Assembly (NCBI RefSeq): GCF_049472675.1
Contig: NZ_JAPNXM010000007.1
Location: forward strand, 25,521-89,520
Direction of reading: 5' to 3'
Length of the DNA stretch: 64,000 nt
Source: Deferribacter thermophilus
Lineage (GTDB): Bacteria > Chrysiogenota > Deferribacteres > Deferribacterales > Deferribacteraceae
Both the position numbers and the translations under genes were made by a program. The notes under the pieces were generated by a model that had not been told where the DNA came from, searched no databases, and saw only the letters and a program-made list of their open reading frames with translations. Below, piece by piece: positions 9,832 through 19,645 of the stretch (position 1 is the first letter of the stretch; the number at the start of each line of letters is the position of its first letter).

Positions 9832-10836
9832 TTATGGAAGCAAGTTTGCAGGTATTTTAATACCTTTTTCTTTATAGAATTTTGCAGCACCAGGATGCAA
9901 TGGTACTGGCAATCCATCAATAGCTTTATCAAGGCTCATAGCTTTTGTAGCTTTGTGAATATTATGTAAGAAAGGTAAGTTTTCATAAATTGTTTTAGTT
10001 ATAAGATATACTGTTTCTTCAGGTAAATCAGGTCTTACAGCCAAAAAGTTTGGCTGAGCGATTGTATGAATATCTTTATTCAAGCCTGGATATGTACCTT
10101 TTTTAATTATATACCTTATCCAAATAGGATATTCTTTTCTAATTTTTTCTAACTGCTCATCGGTAAACTCTAAAAGTACAACTTTTTTAGCACCAAGCTG
10201 AGCAAACAACTGTGTAACAGCTGATACAGGAGGGCCAGCTGGAGTATTCATACCTACGATTCTTCCATCCATCATAGCCTGAGCCGATGCATTATAACCT
10301 AAAAATTCTGGGATAATATCTTTTCCAATTTCGATACCTAAAGCTCCTAAAATAACTCTACCTGAACCTTCTGTACCACTACCTCTTTTACCTATGGAAA
10401 ACTTTTTACCCAACCCTTTCAAATCCATTATGTTTCCAGTTTTTGAATATTTTTTAAGTAATGAGAAATGCTCCACATTTAACCAAAGCATTGTAATTGA
10501 TCTAAAATCTTTAACGGGTTTTCCTTCATAAAGCCCTTTACCATTATAAGCCATAGCACCAAAAAGAGCCTGTAAAATAGCAAGATCAGCTTCTTTGTTT
10601 TTCAACATCTGAATGTTTTCACCAGAACCAGCAGAATTAATAGCAGTCGCAGTAATCTTATACTTTTTAGCCAATTTAATACTGATTAAAGTACCAATTG
10701 CAACGCCTACAGGATAGTAAGTACCACCTGTTGTTGCAGTAGCGATAATTAAGTTTTTGTCGCTTGCTTTTGACTCAGAAATACCAAATGATATCAAAAA
10801 CACAAAAACTAAAAGAACACTCAATAGCTTCTTCAT
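9832..10836 (-). CDS. TRAP transporter solute receptor, TAXI family
   Basis: 334 aa with a signal peptide and similarity to the TAXI/immunogenic-protein family. Confidence 0.8.
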   Translation of the reverse strand: MKKLLSVLLVFVFLISFGISESKASDKNLIIATATTGGTYYPVGVAIGTLISIKLAKKYKITATAINSAGSGENIQMLKNKEADLAILQALFGAMAYNGKGLYEGKPVKDFRSITMLWLNVEHFSLLKKYSKTGNIMDLKGLGKKFSIGKRGSGTEGSGRVILGALGIEIGKDIIPEFLGYNASAQAMMDGRIVGMNTPAGPPVSAVTQLFAQLGAKKVVLLEFTDEQLEKIRKEYPIWIRYIIKKGTYPGLNKDIHTIAQPNFLAVRPDLPEETVYLITKTIYENLPFLHNIHKATKAMSLDKAIDGLPVPLHPGAAKFYKEKGIKIPANLLP

Positions 10837-10941
10837 ACTTCACCCCCACATTTTAAATATATCATATTATTTTTAGACTTTATTTTCAATATTTAGATTT
10901 CAAAAAGTGATAATATCTTTTAATATACTGATTAAATATTA

Positions 10942-11940
10942 TTATTTAGTTTTAATTATCTTTCCATCGATATCACTGTATAGTTTTGAAAAAAATCTTT
11001 CTTTATCTCTTTCATATTTAGGAGCAAAATGTAAAAATTTTACAAACTTTGCACCACTTACTTCAAAAATCATTTTGGCTAACTCTACTGTTAAATGTTT
11101 TTTATAAATAGCATCCAAAACATCATCTTTTAAAAACATAGCTTCAATCAATAAAACAAATGTATTTTTAGCAAAATTGACAGCTTTTTTGAAATTTTCA
11201 TAAGTTGGAGCAATATCTGTAATAAAAGTGATATCCTGAGGTTCTTTGTAAATTACCAAATTTTGTTCGAGCTCTTTTAAAGATACCTTTTTTATCCCCT
11301 CAACAGTTTCAACATCAATCTCTTCCCTCAAATCAACGCAATTTCTCAGTTTAGACTTTAAAACTGTAAGCCAAGGGCCTGGAATATATCCAAATTTATC
11401 AAACACATCTTTCTTTATATTTACATGTTTTTCTTCTTTTATCCTATATCCAACAGAAGGGATACCATGATCAAAAAACTCATACTCTAAAATAAAACCA
11501 TCTTCTAACTCTATCCTGTCAGCAACCAAATCACAATATTCTGGGACAAAACCATTCGCAGCATCAAACAAAGCACAATTTATTTTTCCATCTAAACCAA
11601 GCTCGAAAACTTCAATTTTAAAAGTGTAGTTCTTTATCAAATTCCAGGTATAGGCATCAAGCTTACCTTTAACATTTTTAATAATCCCAGGTGGGCCAAA
11701 AACTCTCACTTTTTTATCTGAGCGCAACATCCCTCTTAATATTCTATCAAATCCATAAAAATGATCTATATGTGTGTGACTAACAAAGATATCAGAAATA
11801 CTTAATATTTCAGAATTTTCTATATTACCAAGCCTGCCACAATCAAGTAAAAAAGCCTGCCTTTTGTAAATATTTCGCACAAAAAAAGCTGTATCTTCAA
11901 AAGGTGAATTTACCTGCTTTATTGTAAAATTATGGCGCAT
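10942..11940 (-). CDS. MBL-fold metallo-hydrolase
   Basis: HTHIDH motif. 332 aa. The start overlaps the upstream kinase stop by 1 nt. Confidence 0.75.
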   Translation of the reverse strand: MRHNFTIKQVNSPFEDTAFFVRNIYKRQAFLLDCGRLGNIENSEILSISDIFVSHTHIDHFYGFDRILRGMLRSDKKVRVFGPPGIIKNVKGKLDAYTWNLIKNYTFKIEVFELGLDGKINCALFDAANGFVPEYCDLVADRIELEDGFILEYEFFDHGIPSVGYRIKEEKHVNIKKDVFDKFGYIPGPWLTVLKSKLRNCVDLREEIDVETVEGIKKVSLKELEQNLVIYKEPQDITFITDIAPTYENFKKAVNFAKNTFVLLIEAMFLKDDVLDAIYKKHLTVELAKMIFEVSGAKFVKFLHFAPKYERDKERFFSKLYSDIDGKIIKTK

Positions 11941-13478
11941 TAACTTTCTCTAATCAAAAAATCAGCTATTTTTGCTAAATTACTCTCAACTGTTTTAGTG
12001 GTTTCAATTGTCAAATCTGCCAGCTCTTTAGTTTCAAAAGAGCTCTTTTGAGCTTGAAGCAGCTCTAATCTACCATCACTAACAGTTTTTTTACTTTCTC
12101 GCTTTTTTAGTCTATCAACAATTATCTCATCAGGTGCAGTAAACAATATCTTTTTATAATTTATATTTTTTTCATCCAGTTTATCAAAATAATCTTTTTT
12201 AGAAAAACTACCATCAATGATAGCTGGCCTGCAAACACTATTTTTCAATATCACATTTTCAGCTAACCTTTCATATACCTTTAGGCTAAATTCCTTTGAA
12301 TAAATCCCTTTTCCAAAATCCTCTAATACTTTTGTCTCTGGATTTAATCCTGCTATTCTTTTTCTTTCAATATCCGTATTGAAATATGAATAAAAGTATT
12401 TATCACTAAAAGCCTTACCATTTTTTGACTTACCAGAACCCATTATCCCATAAAATACCAGATTTACATTATCATCCATATTTAAAGCATAACTAAAAGC
12501 TGCATCTACATGCCTATCCAGTGAGTTTTTAACATTTGCATAATTTTCCCAAGTTTCCCCTTTTTCCTCAAGCAAAAAGCAAGTCACTTTTGCTCTCACA
12601 TAGGCTCTATAACATTTGTAAAAATTAAGCAATTTCTTACTGTTTTCATCATCAAAAACTGAGAAAAAGCCTGCTATCAAAGAATCAGATAGGTCAATAT
12701 ATCCATTAATATCCATTTCCATAGCCAAAAAAGCTATTTCAGATACCACATCGTTATATCTAAACCTTTTGTTAAACTCTATACAATCGATAAGCCCTAT
12801 CTCGTCATTATCAAAATAGACATGCTCCAATCTCAAATCACCATGACCATCTTTGATAAATCCACCTTTCAGTCTATTTTCAAAAAGTGATTTATTCTCC
12901 TCAAGAAAATTGAGTGTTTTCTCTTTGATATAATTATAAATTTTTTCATCTAATAAACTGCCCACATACTTTTCTGTCTGCATGAAATTTTCTTCACAAT
13001 TATACTTTATCACATCAAAACTTCCAAATTCTAAAGCCTTTTCAACTGGAGTTTCGATTTTTTTAAACAACTCCGCAATATTTTTACCAACTTTATAAGC
13101 CAACTTTTCATCCACCAATCCATTTTGTACTCTATTACTAAAAAAATCCTCGTCTTTAATTCTTCTCATTTTGAGCACATAATCGATAGCAAACATAGTA
13201 TTTGTATGTGGAACTAACCTCATCTCTTTTCCAAATCTTGCTATTTTCAATACATCGAGATACACATCTTTAGAAAATCTTGAATTTAATTCTTTTTCTA
13301 AAATACAAAAATTTCTTCTACTTTTTGACAATCTATAATCGAGAAAACCAAAATCTACTGGTTTTTTAAGCTTGTATACATAATCATCAGTTATCATTGC
13401 ATAAGATATATGAGTTTCTTTAATTTCCTTAGGTTTAACCAACTCTTTTAAAATAATAGCTTCTGGTGATAAATCCAT
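11940..13478 (-). CDS. Two-domain kinase: N-terminal APH/ChoK-like phosphotransferase plus C-terminal P-loop (gluconate-kinase-like) NTPase
   Basis: Brenner motif HGDLRLEHV and DFG-like IDCIEF in the N-terminal part. Walker A GIMGSGKS in the C-terminal part. Confidence 0.7.
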   Translation of the reverse strand: MDLSPEAIILKELVKPKEIKETHISYAMITDDYVYKLKKPVDFGFLDYRLSKSRRNFCILEKELNSRFSKDVYLDVLKIARFGKEMRLVPHTNTMFAIDYVLKMRRIKDEDFFSNRVQNGLVDEKLAYKVGKNIAELFKKIETPVEKALEFGSFDVIKYNCEENFMQTEKYVGSLLDEKIYNYIKEKTLNFLEENKSLFENRLKGGFIKDGHGDLRLEHVYFDNDEIGLIDCIEFNKRFRYNDVVSEIAFLAMEMDINGYIDLSDSLIAGFFSVFDDENSKKLLNFYKCYRAYVRAKVTCFLLEEKGETWENYANVKNSLDRHVDAAFSYALNMDDNVNLVFYGIMGSGKSKNGKAFSDKYFYSYFNTDIERKRIAGLNPETKVLEDFGKGIYSKEFSLKVYERLAENVILKNSVCRPAIIDGSFSKKDYFDKLDEKNINYKKILFTAPDEIIVDRLKKRESKKTVSDGRLELLQAQKSSFETKELADLTIETTKTVESNLAKIADFLIRES

Positions 13479-13993
13479 TAAACTATCTCCGCATTGTGAA
13501 CTTTTTCCAACTGCATCAAGCCAAATTTATGACCATCTTCATCAAGGCCTATAATACAATCCTTTGGAACAATCACTTTATACCCTCTACTTACAGCATC
13601 AGCAACAGTGTACATTACACAGATATTTGTCACAAGCCCTGTAACGATTAGCTGTTCAACACCCAAATCTTTCAAGATTTCATCTAAATTTGTGTTAAAA
13701 AAGCCTGAATACCTTGTTTTTTCAACAACAATATCACCATCTGAAGGTTTTAACTCTTCAACAACTTCAGCACCCTTTGTCCCTTTTACGCAGTGATGTG
13801 GCCAGATTTTAAACTCATCATCATCTTCATCATGAGCATCACAAACATAAATAACTGGATACCCCTCTTTTCTTGCTTTATCTATTTCTCTTTTAATATT
13901 TGGGATTATACTCTTAGCATTTGGCACCTGCAATGGAGCACCTTCTAAAACAAAATCGTTTAACATATCGATAATTATTAATGCCTTTTTCAT
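13478..13993 (-). CDS. Isochorismatase-family cysteine hydrolase (nicotinamidase-like)
   Basis: MKKALIIIDMLNDF N-terminus and catalytic Cys in a VTGLVTNICV context. Confidence 0.8.
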   Translation of the reverse strand: MKKALIIIDMLNDFVLEGAPLQVPNAKSIIPNIKREIDKARKEGYPVIYVCDAHDEDDDEFKIWPHHCVKGTKGAEVVEELKPSDGDIVVEKTRYSGFFNTNLDEILKDLGVEQLIVTGLVTNICVMYTVADAVSRGYKVIVPKDCIIGLDEDGHKFGLMQLEKVHNAEIV

Positions 13994-14833
13994 TTTTGCC
14001 TCCTTAGAGACTTTAAAATATCAAGCTGGTTTTTATAACTTTTATCCTCATCAAAAGGGGTTTCCAAAATGCCCAAAACACCATCTAACCTTTCATCATT
14101 CACAAGTTTCTCAAAAAATTCTAAACCTAATAAACCTCTACCGATATAGGCGTGTCTATCTATTTTTGATCCACACTCTTTATTTGTATCATTTAGGTGA
14201 AAAACTTTTATTTTATCTTTAAAATTAGTAAAAAAAGTATCAATTACTTCATCATATCTGTTTTTTAAATCATACCCTGCCGCATACATGTGGGCAGAAT
14301 CAAGACACACACCAATCTTTTCAGGAAATTTAGAATTTTGAATTATATAATCTATGCTCCCATTTATAACCTAAATTTGAGCCTTGGCCTGCTGTCACTT
14401 CAAGCAATGTCATAACATTAAAATGATACTCAGAATAAACTCTGTCAATATTTAGAACTATTTTATTTAACCCTTCTTGCTCGCCAATTCCTAAATGAGA
14501 GCCAGGATGCATTACATAAAAAGGAACATTCAGTTGATCACATCTTGACAACTCATCAATAAAACATTTAACTGACTTTTCCTCTGTCTCTTTTTTCGGA
14601 GAACAAAGATTTATCAAATAGGCACTATGGGCACAAATTCTATCAAAGCCTAAATTTTCTGCAAAAACTTTAAATTTATTTACATCTTTATCTGAATATG
14701 GCTTAGCAACCCACCTATTTGCATTTTTTGTAAAAATTTGTAAACACTCACAACCATCACTTTCTGCAAGTTTTAGGCTGTTGAAAACACCACCAGAAAT
14801 TGATTCATGAGCTCCAAGAAGCATGAGGCCCAC
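13990..14833 (-). pseudogene. nfo: Endonuclease IV (nfo) interrupted by a single frameshift near 14350-14358
   Basis: The 5' ORF ends ...TAGQGSNLGYKWEH. The 3' ORF continues in another frame as ..IDYIIQNSKFPEKIGVCLDSAHMYAAGYDL, which aligns with the Nfo core ..EHLAAIIDG..VGVCIDTCHAFAAGYDL. The two pieces together make about 280 aa. Confidence 0.7.
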
Positions 14834-14835
14834 TT

Positions 14836-15831
14836 TTAGGCCTCACCCCTCATAAATTTTAAATAAGTCTCCACTTCCCATTTAGAGCCAATAATTAACG
14901 GTGTTTTTTGATGCAAACTCTCTGGTTGGATATCCAAAATCATCTGCTCTCCATCAGTTGCAAGCCCACCAGCTTGCTCAACAATGTAAGCAAGAGGATT
15001 GGCTTCATAAAGCAATCTCAATTTACCTTTTGGATTTTTGGAATCCCCAGGGTATAGAAAAACACCACCTTTGAGCAAATTTCTATGAAAATCTGCTACA
15101 AGTGAGCCAATATATCTTGAAGTGTACTGTCTCTCTTCTAAATTCTTAATATATTCAACATATTTTCTTATCTTTTCATCCCATCTATGATAATTTGCTT
15201 CATTGATAGAGTAAATTTTCCCTTTTTCTGGTATTTTGATATTTGGGTGAGACAATAAAAATTCTCCAACAGATGGATCTAAAGTAAAACCGTTAACTCC
15301 ATTTCCTGTTGAATAAACAAACATTGTGCTTGAGCCATAAATTACATACCCTGCACCAATTAAATTTCTACCTTTTTGTAAAAAATCTTTTTCACACCCA
15401 TTTTCACCTTCACTTACTCTCTTATATATACCAAAAATTGTTCCAATACTAATATTTACATCAATATTGCTTGATCCATCCAAAGGATCAAACACCACTA
15501 CATATTTTCCTTTAGGATATCTATCAGGAACATGTATTACATCATCCTCTTCCTCACTTGCCATGGCACATACTTTTCCAATATGGTCAAGAGCCTCGAT
15601 CATCTTTTGATTTGCATAAACATCAAGCTTTTGCTGCTCTTCACCATGAACATTTACAGAATCTGCTTTTCCCAAAATATTAATTAAACCTGCTTTATTC
15701 ACCTCGCGACTTATAATTTTTGCTGCAAAAGCTATCTGCTCTAAAATTAAAGTAAAATCGCCAGTAGCTTCTGGATATTTTCTCTGTTCTTCAATTAAAA
15801 ATCTGCCAAGACTTGTAACCCCTTTTTGCAT
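14836..15831 (-). CDS. fbp: Fructose-1,6-bisphosphatase class 1
   Basis: 331 aa with DPLDGSSNID and GEEQQKLDVYAN motifs. Confidence 0.85.
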   Translation of the reverse strand: MQKGVTSLGRFLIEEQRKYPEATGDFTLILEQIAFAAKIISREVNKAGLINILGKADSVNVHGEEQQKLDVYANQKMIEALDHIGKVCAMASEEEDDVIHVPDRYPKGKYVVVFDPLDGSSNIDVNISIGTIFGIYKRVSEGENGCEKDFLQKGRNLIGAGYVIYGSSTMFVYSTGNGVNGFTLDPSVGEFLLSHPNIKIPEKGKIYSINEANYHRWDEKIRKYVEYIKNLEERQYTSRYIGSLVADFHRNLLKGGVFLYPGDSKNPKGKLRLLYEANPLAYIVEQAGGLATDGEQMILDIQPESLHQKTPLIIGSKWEVETYLKFMRGEA

Positions 15832-15839
15832 TTAACCCC

Positions 15840-17423
15840 TCACCACATTTTTTTTATAACTGCACCTTCATAATAAAAATTTAATATTTCGTCAAACCTT
15901 TTTCCTGCCTCTCCCAATGCTTTTCCACCCCACTGGGAATAACCAACGCCATGACCAAAACCACCACCTTTAAAAACTATTGAATTACCAACTTGTTGAA
16001 TACTAAACAATATATCATACAACTTTGCAGCTCTTCTTACAGTTGTGTAAGTCCTAAGTACCTTTGTCCCGCCTGAGTGGTTAATTTTGACTTTTACAAC
16101 TCTACCAGCAGGTGTAGTTTTGTAGGGTGAAATTGAATATATTGTCCCAATATTTACACCTTTCCTTCTCAAATAATTCCCAATTTCGTTTAAAGTTATT
16201 TTTTTAGTCCATCTACCCATCTTCTCCTTAGCACTATAAGGGTCAGGCTTAGCACGCATGTATGGATAACCTGTGCCAAAGATATATTTTGGATCATCGA
16301 TATACCAACCGGTGCTCGCCGTAAAAAATGACAAAATAGGCCTATCGCGGTATGTCAACACCAAACCAGCAGTCTCCAAGACTGCCCTAACCCCCTTTTT
16401 TGTTTCGTTTTTTATACCGTTATAGGCTTGATCACCTTCATTATCTACAACATCATAGCTCCAGTCTTCTCTATGCAATTTTTGATAAAGTGCATAAGTC
16501 CTTGCAGCTACTGCTTGAGCCTTTAAAGTCTCTAAAGGCCAGCTGCTTGGAGACTCACTTGTAACAACACTTTTTAAATAGTCTTCAATATTTAATATAT
16601 TGATAACATATAATTTACTCTTGGAGACAAAAATTTTAAAATACCCACGATATCCTCTATATCCATCCTTTTTTAAAAGATATAAATATGAACTGTTAGG
16701 ATAAATATAAACCGGCGAATAAAGCTGTCTTCCGTTTAAAATTACCATTTTTCCACTTAGATAAACACTAACAACCCCATTGATATTTAAAATTAACCTT
16801 CCTGAACTGTCCTTAACTGATATATTACCTTTTATTTTAGCTGATTTGCCTTTGAATAATCTTACCCTAATATCTGGAGCACCTTTAATATTTACAGGTG
16901 GCAATTCAAACTTCTTCTTAGGGGATACTAATGGTTTCTTTGTATATCTCTCCACAAAAAATGAAGCTGTATAGCGAAAGCGTCCAAAGGGGTAATATTG
17001 CAAATATAGTTTAAAATATTCTAAAGCCTTTTTTTCATCTCCAAAATCATTGTAAAGTAGTGCTAACTTGTATAAAGCGGTTTCACCTTGTGGTAAATCA
17101 GGAAATTTTCTAAATATTTCTTCATATATTTTTGCAGCTTCTTCAGGCTTATCCATGTAATGAGCAAAAAGTGTTGCCTTTTGAAGTAAAGCATCAGCAA
17201 CAATATATCTATTGTCAGTTGCTTCAAGAGCAGTTTCAAAAAATTCTAATGCGTCAAGATATTTGCCCACCTCAACATAATATTTCCCCTCGGCAATGGA
17301 TTGCCTTGCAAAAAGGATATCAGATACATTTGCATTATTATTTTCTGCATAAACAAATGAAACAAATATAAAAAATAAGACTGCTAACTTACTGCAAAAT
17401 CTGAACATCAATCTCATACTCAC
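15840..17423 (-). CDS. Secreted TPR-repeat protein with a C-terminal SpoIID/LytB domain
   Basis: Signal peptide, N-terminal TPR-like repeats, then the SpoIID/LytB amidase-enhancer region (..TGWYIDDPKY..). Overlaps the upstream gene by 35 nt. Confidence 0.7.
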   Translation of the reverse strand: MSMRLMFRFCSKLAVLFFIFVSFVYAENNNANVSDILFARQSIAEGKYYVEVGKYLDALEFFETALEATDNRYIVADALLQKATLFAHYMDKPEEAAKIYEEIFRKFPDLPQGETALYKLALLYNDFGDEKKALEYFKLYLQYYPFGRFRYTASFFVERYTKKPLVSPKKKFELPPVNIKGAPDIRVRLFKGKSAKIKGNISVKDSSGRLILNINGVVSVYLSGKMVILNGRQLYSPVYIYPNSSYLYLLKKDGYRGYRGYFKIFVSKSKLYVINILNIEDYLKSVVTSESPSSWPLETLKAQAVAARTYALYQKLHREDWSYDVVDNEGDQAYNGIKNETKKGVRAVLETAGLVLTYRDRPILSFFTASTGWYIDDPKYIFGTGYPYMRAKPDPYSAKEKMGRWTKKITLNEIGNYLRRKGVNIGTIYSISPYKTTPAGRVVKVKINHSGGTKVLRTYTTVRRAAKLYDILFSIQQVGNSIVFKGGGFGHGVGYSQWGGKALGEAGKRFDEILNFYYEGAVIKKMW

Positions 17424-18498
17424 TAAATTTTACTACTTTATAATTTGGTCTGCTATTAATTGATGCAGCCAAGTATAAGGCCTTTTCAGGATACTCTACT
17501 ACTAATGTGTTCATCCCTTGTTCATTAACTGATAATACCCAACTTACATACTGAATAAAGTTTTTAAACTGCATCATCTGCTGCATATCATTAACATTTG
17601 TCAAAACAAGACGAATTTTTTTAGCAGAACCTTTAATTTTATTTACAATAGTACTAATCAACTCATTTGAAACTTTCCCACTCATATCTTCTATCATTTT
17701 ATATGTAGCATCTTCAACAGTAGGCCCCATACCTCTACCAGAAATATAGCCACTAGCTAAAATTACCCTTTGCCCATTCCTATTTGTAATCAATCTATAA
17801 ACTAATCTACCTGTTACAATATTGTAAGGCAAACTAACACCATAACCCACATTTTTACCTTCGCGAGCTGTCAAAGTTGTAGTAATTTTACCCACAAGCA
17901 TAACATTTGATAAATATTGATATGCCAAGTTTCTTATCATTAGAAAATTATTTGTTCTTAATGCTGTGTCCAGTTGACTAACAGAAAAAGTGCTACCTGA
18001 TGCAATATCTATCACTTCATAACCTTGAACCGATAATTCATTTATCAATTTTTCACTTAAAGGGTTAGATTCCTCAACTCTCCCATCAGGCATTACAAGT
18101 GGTAAAATTACTGAAATTGCTGTATTTCTTGAAATAGCTCCCAAAGCCTCTTTTGCTTTATTTGGCACTATAAAAGCCGAAATTTGAACCCAATAAACAC
18201 CTTGATTTTGCCCTTCTTTAAGAATTTGAAAACCTTTTATAACACCTTGAGTTTCAGACTTTATCGCTTCATCAACCAAAACGGCATTCTGAACAACACT
18301 TTGAGCTTTTACTTTGACTCCTGCTGCCTGTTCTAAGGCAAACCACTTTGCTCTTGCTATAGCCTGCAATCTTGCTGTTTGAATATCATTATTTACTATT
18401 TCTGCTTCTCCATAAGACTGTACAAAAATACCCTGCTCTCCCATCGCAAAGACAAAAACAGGAATTAATAAAAACAAAAAAACAATAATTTTCTTCAT
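17389..18498 (-). CDS. Secreted LPP20/FlgP-like domain protein
   Basis: Signal peptide. The N-terminal half (..TARLQAIARAKWFALEQAAGVKV..GVYWVQISAFIVP) resembles the LPP20/FlgP lipoprotein fold. Confidence 0.5.
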   Translation of the reverse strand: MKKIIVFLFLLIPVFVFAMGEQGIFVQSYGEAEIVNNDIQTARLQAIARAKWFALEQAAGVKVKAQSVVQNAVLVDEAIKSETQGVIKGFQILKEGQNQGVYWVQISAFIVPNKAKEALGAISRNTAISVILPLVMPDGRVEESNPLSEKLINELSVQGYEVIDIASGSTFSVSQLDTALRTNNFLMIRNLAYQYLSNVMLVGKITTTLTAREGKNVGYGVSLPYNIVTGRLVYRLITNRNGQRVILASGYISGRGMGPTVEDATYKMIEDMSGKVSNELISTIVNKIKGSAKKIRLVLTNVNDMQQMMQFKNFIQYVSWVLSVNEQGMNTLVVEYPEKALYLAASINSRPNYKVVKFSEYEIDVQILQ

Positions 18499-18550
18499 AA
18501 CTTACCCTCAACTAATAGCTTTAATTTAAACAGAAAGTAGGGCAAAAGCC

Positions 18551-19645
18551 CTACTTTAATACAAATACTACTTTAGCACCTTCTAAGAAATTTGTTTTCT
18601 GATTAGATGAAAAAATAGCAGTGGCATCATCACCAGATACCTTTACATCAGTAAACTTCACAACACCTACTGCCTTTACAACAAGAGGATTTTTAACCCC
18701 TCTTTCTGAAAGAATAGCTTTTGCCTTACCAATTTCGTTTGTGTAATCACCACACCCTCTTTGTGCTAAAATATCTTCAGCTATCTTAGTTGGATCATAA
18801 ATTATTTCACCTTTTTCATTCAAAATTCTATTTATTAATGCTGGTCTAAAGTTTGTGCCAGTAGTATCTACAATTAACCCATCATAAACCTGTGGTGCAG
18901 GAGGTACAACCTGAGGTTGAAATGCTGGAGCAGGTGGAACTGCATTAAATATAGCTTGTCTAGCATTTGGATCCTGAAACATTGTAGTAACAAAAGATTT
19001 TGTGCCCACCTCTAAACAAACATAACCAACACCCTGGCTCATATCATAATATCTACCACACTCTCTTGCTCCCTGTAAAAAGCCTTGAACAGTTGATCTT
19101 ATAACATCATTTACTAACAAACCATTTTGAACAGTCGTATCACCAGCAACTGTAACACCCTGAAGAACCTCTAATAAATCTCTCTGAGCTACAACCTTTG
19201 CAGCCCTTAATGCTGCATATCTTCTCTGTCCAGCCTCTGATTCACCTATAACTCTAATATATCCAGTTGCAAATGCAGCTTGAGGATTTGTTATTGGCTG
19301 TGGTAATGGTGGCATACCACCCATCATTTGAGGTTGAGGCTGCATCATTTGAGGATTATATTGACCACCTCCATAAGGTTGTTGCATAGGCTGTTGCATT
19401 GGTTGCTGCATCATCTGTCCACCATATTGACCCGGTTGTTGCATCATTTGTTGATTATTTGGTTGTTGATAGTTTGGTGCCTGTTGATTATATGGAGCAG
19501 GTTGCTGATAAGCAGGGTTATACGGTTGATTATAAGGTTGATTATATGTCTGTGCAAAAACAGACAAACTAAACAGCATAAATATAAATAGTAATATAGC
19601 ATACACAAATTTATTTACTCTCATCACCGCCTCCTTAATAAACAT
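18551..19645 (-). CDS. Secreted protein with a Q/P/Y-rich low-complexity N-terminus and a C-terminal LPP20/FlgP-like domain
   Basis: YNQPYNQPYNPAYQQP...MQQPMQQPMQQP repeats, then ..GYIRVIGESEAGQRRYAALRAAKVVAQRDLLE.. in LPP20 style. Confidence 0.55.
   Translation of the reverse strand: MFIKEAVMRVNKFVYAILLFIFMLFSLSVFAQTYNQPYNQPYNPAYQQPAPYNQQAPNYQQPNNQQMMQQPGQYGGQMMQQPMQQPMQQPYGGGQYNPQMMQPQPQMMGGMPPLPQPITNPQAAFATGYIRVIGESEAGQRRYAALRAAKVVAQRDLLEVLQGVTVAGDTTVQNGLLVNDVIRSTVQGFLQGARECGRYYDMSQGVGYVCLEVGTKSFVTTMFQDPNARQAIFNAVPPAPAFQPQVVPPAPQVYDGLIVDTTGTNFRPALINRILNEKGEIIYDPTKIAEDILAQRGCGDYTNEIGKAKAILSERGVKNPLVVKAVGVVKFTDVKVSGDDATAIFSSNQKTNFLEGAKVVFVLK
19330..19560. repeat. Imperfect tandem DNA repeats encoding the Q/P-rich region of the LPP20-like protein
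   Basis: Reiterated GGTTGTTGCAT / CATTTGTTG motifs. They also create a spurious + strand ORF at 19328-19591. Confidence 0.6.

Noticed and set aside
19328-19591. 87-aa + strand ORF (MRLRLHHLRIIL...)
   Set aside because: It lies antisense within the Q/P-rich repeat region of the LPP20-like gene. The open frame is an artefact of the low-complexity CAA/CAG-rich coding repeat.
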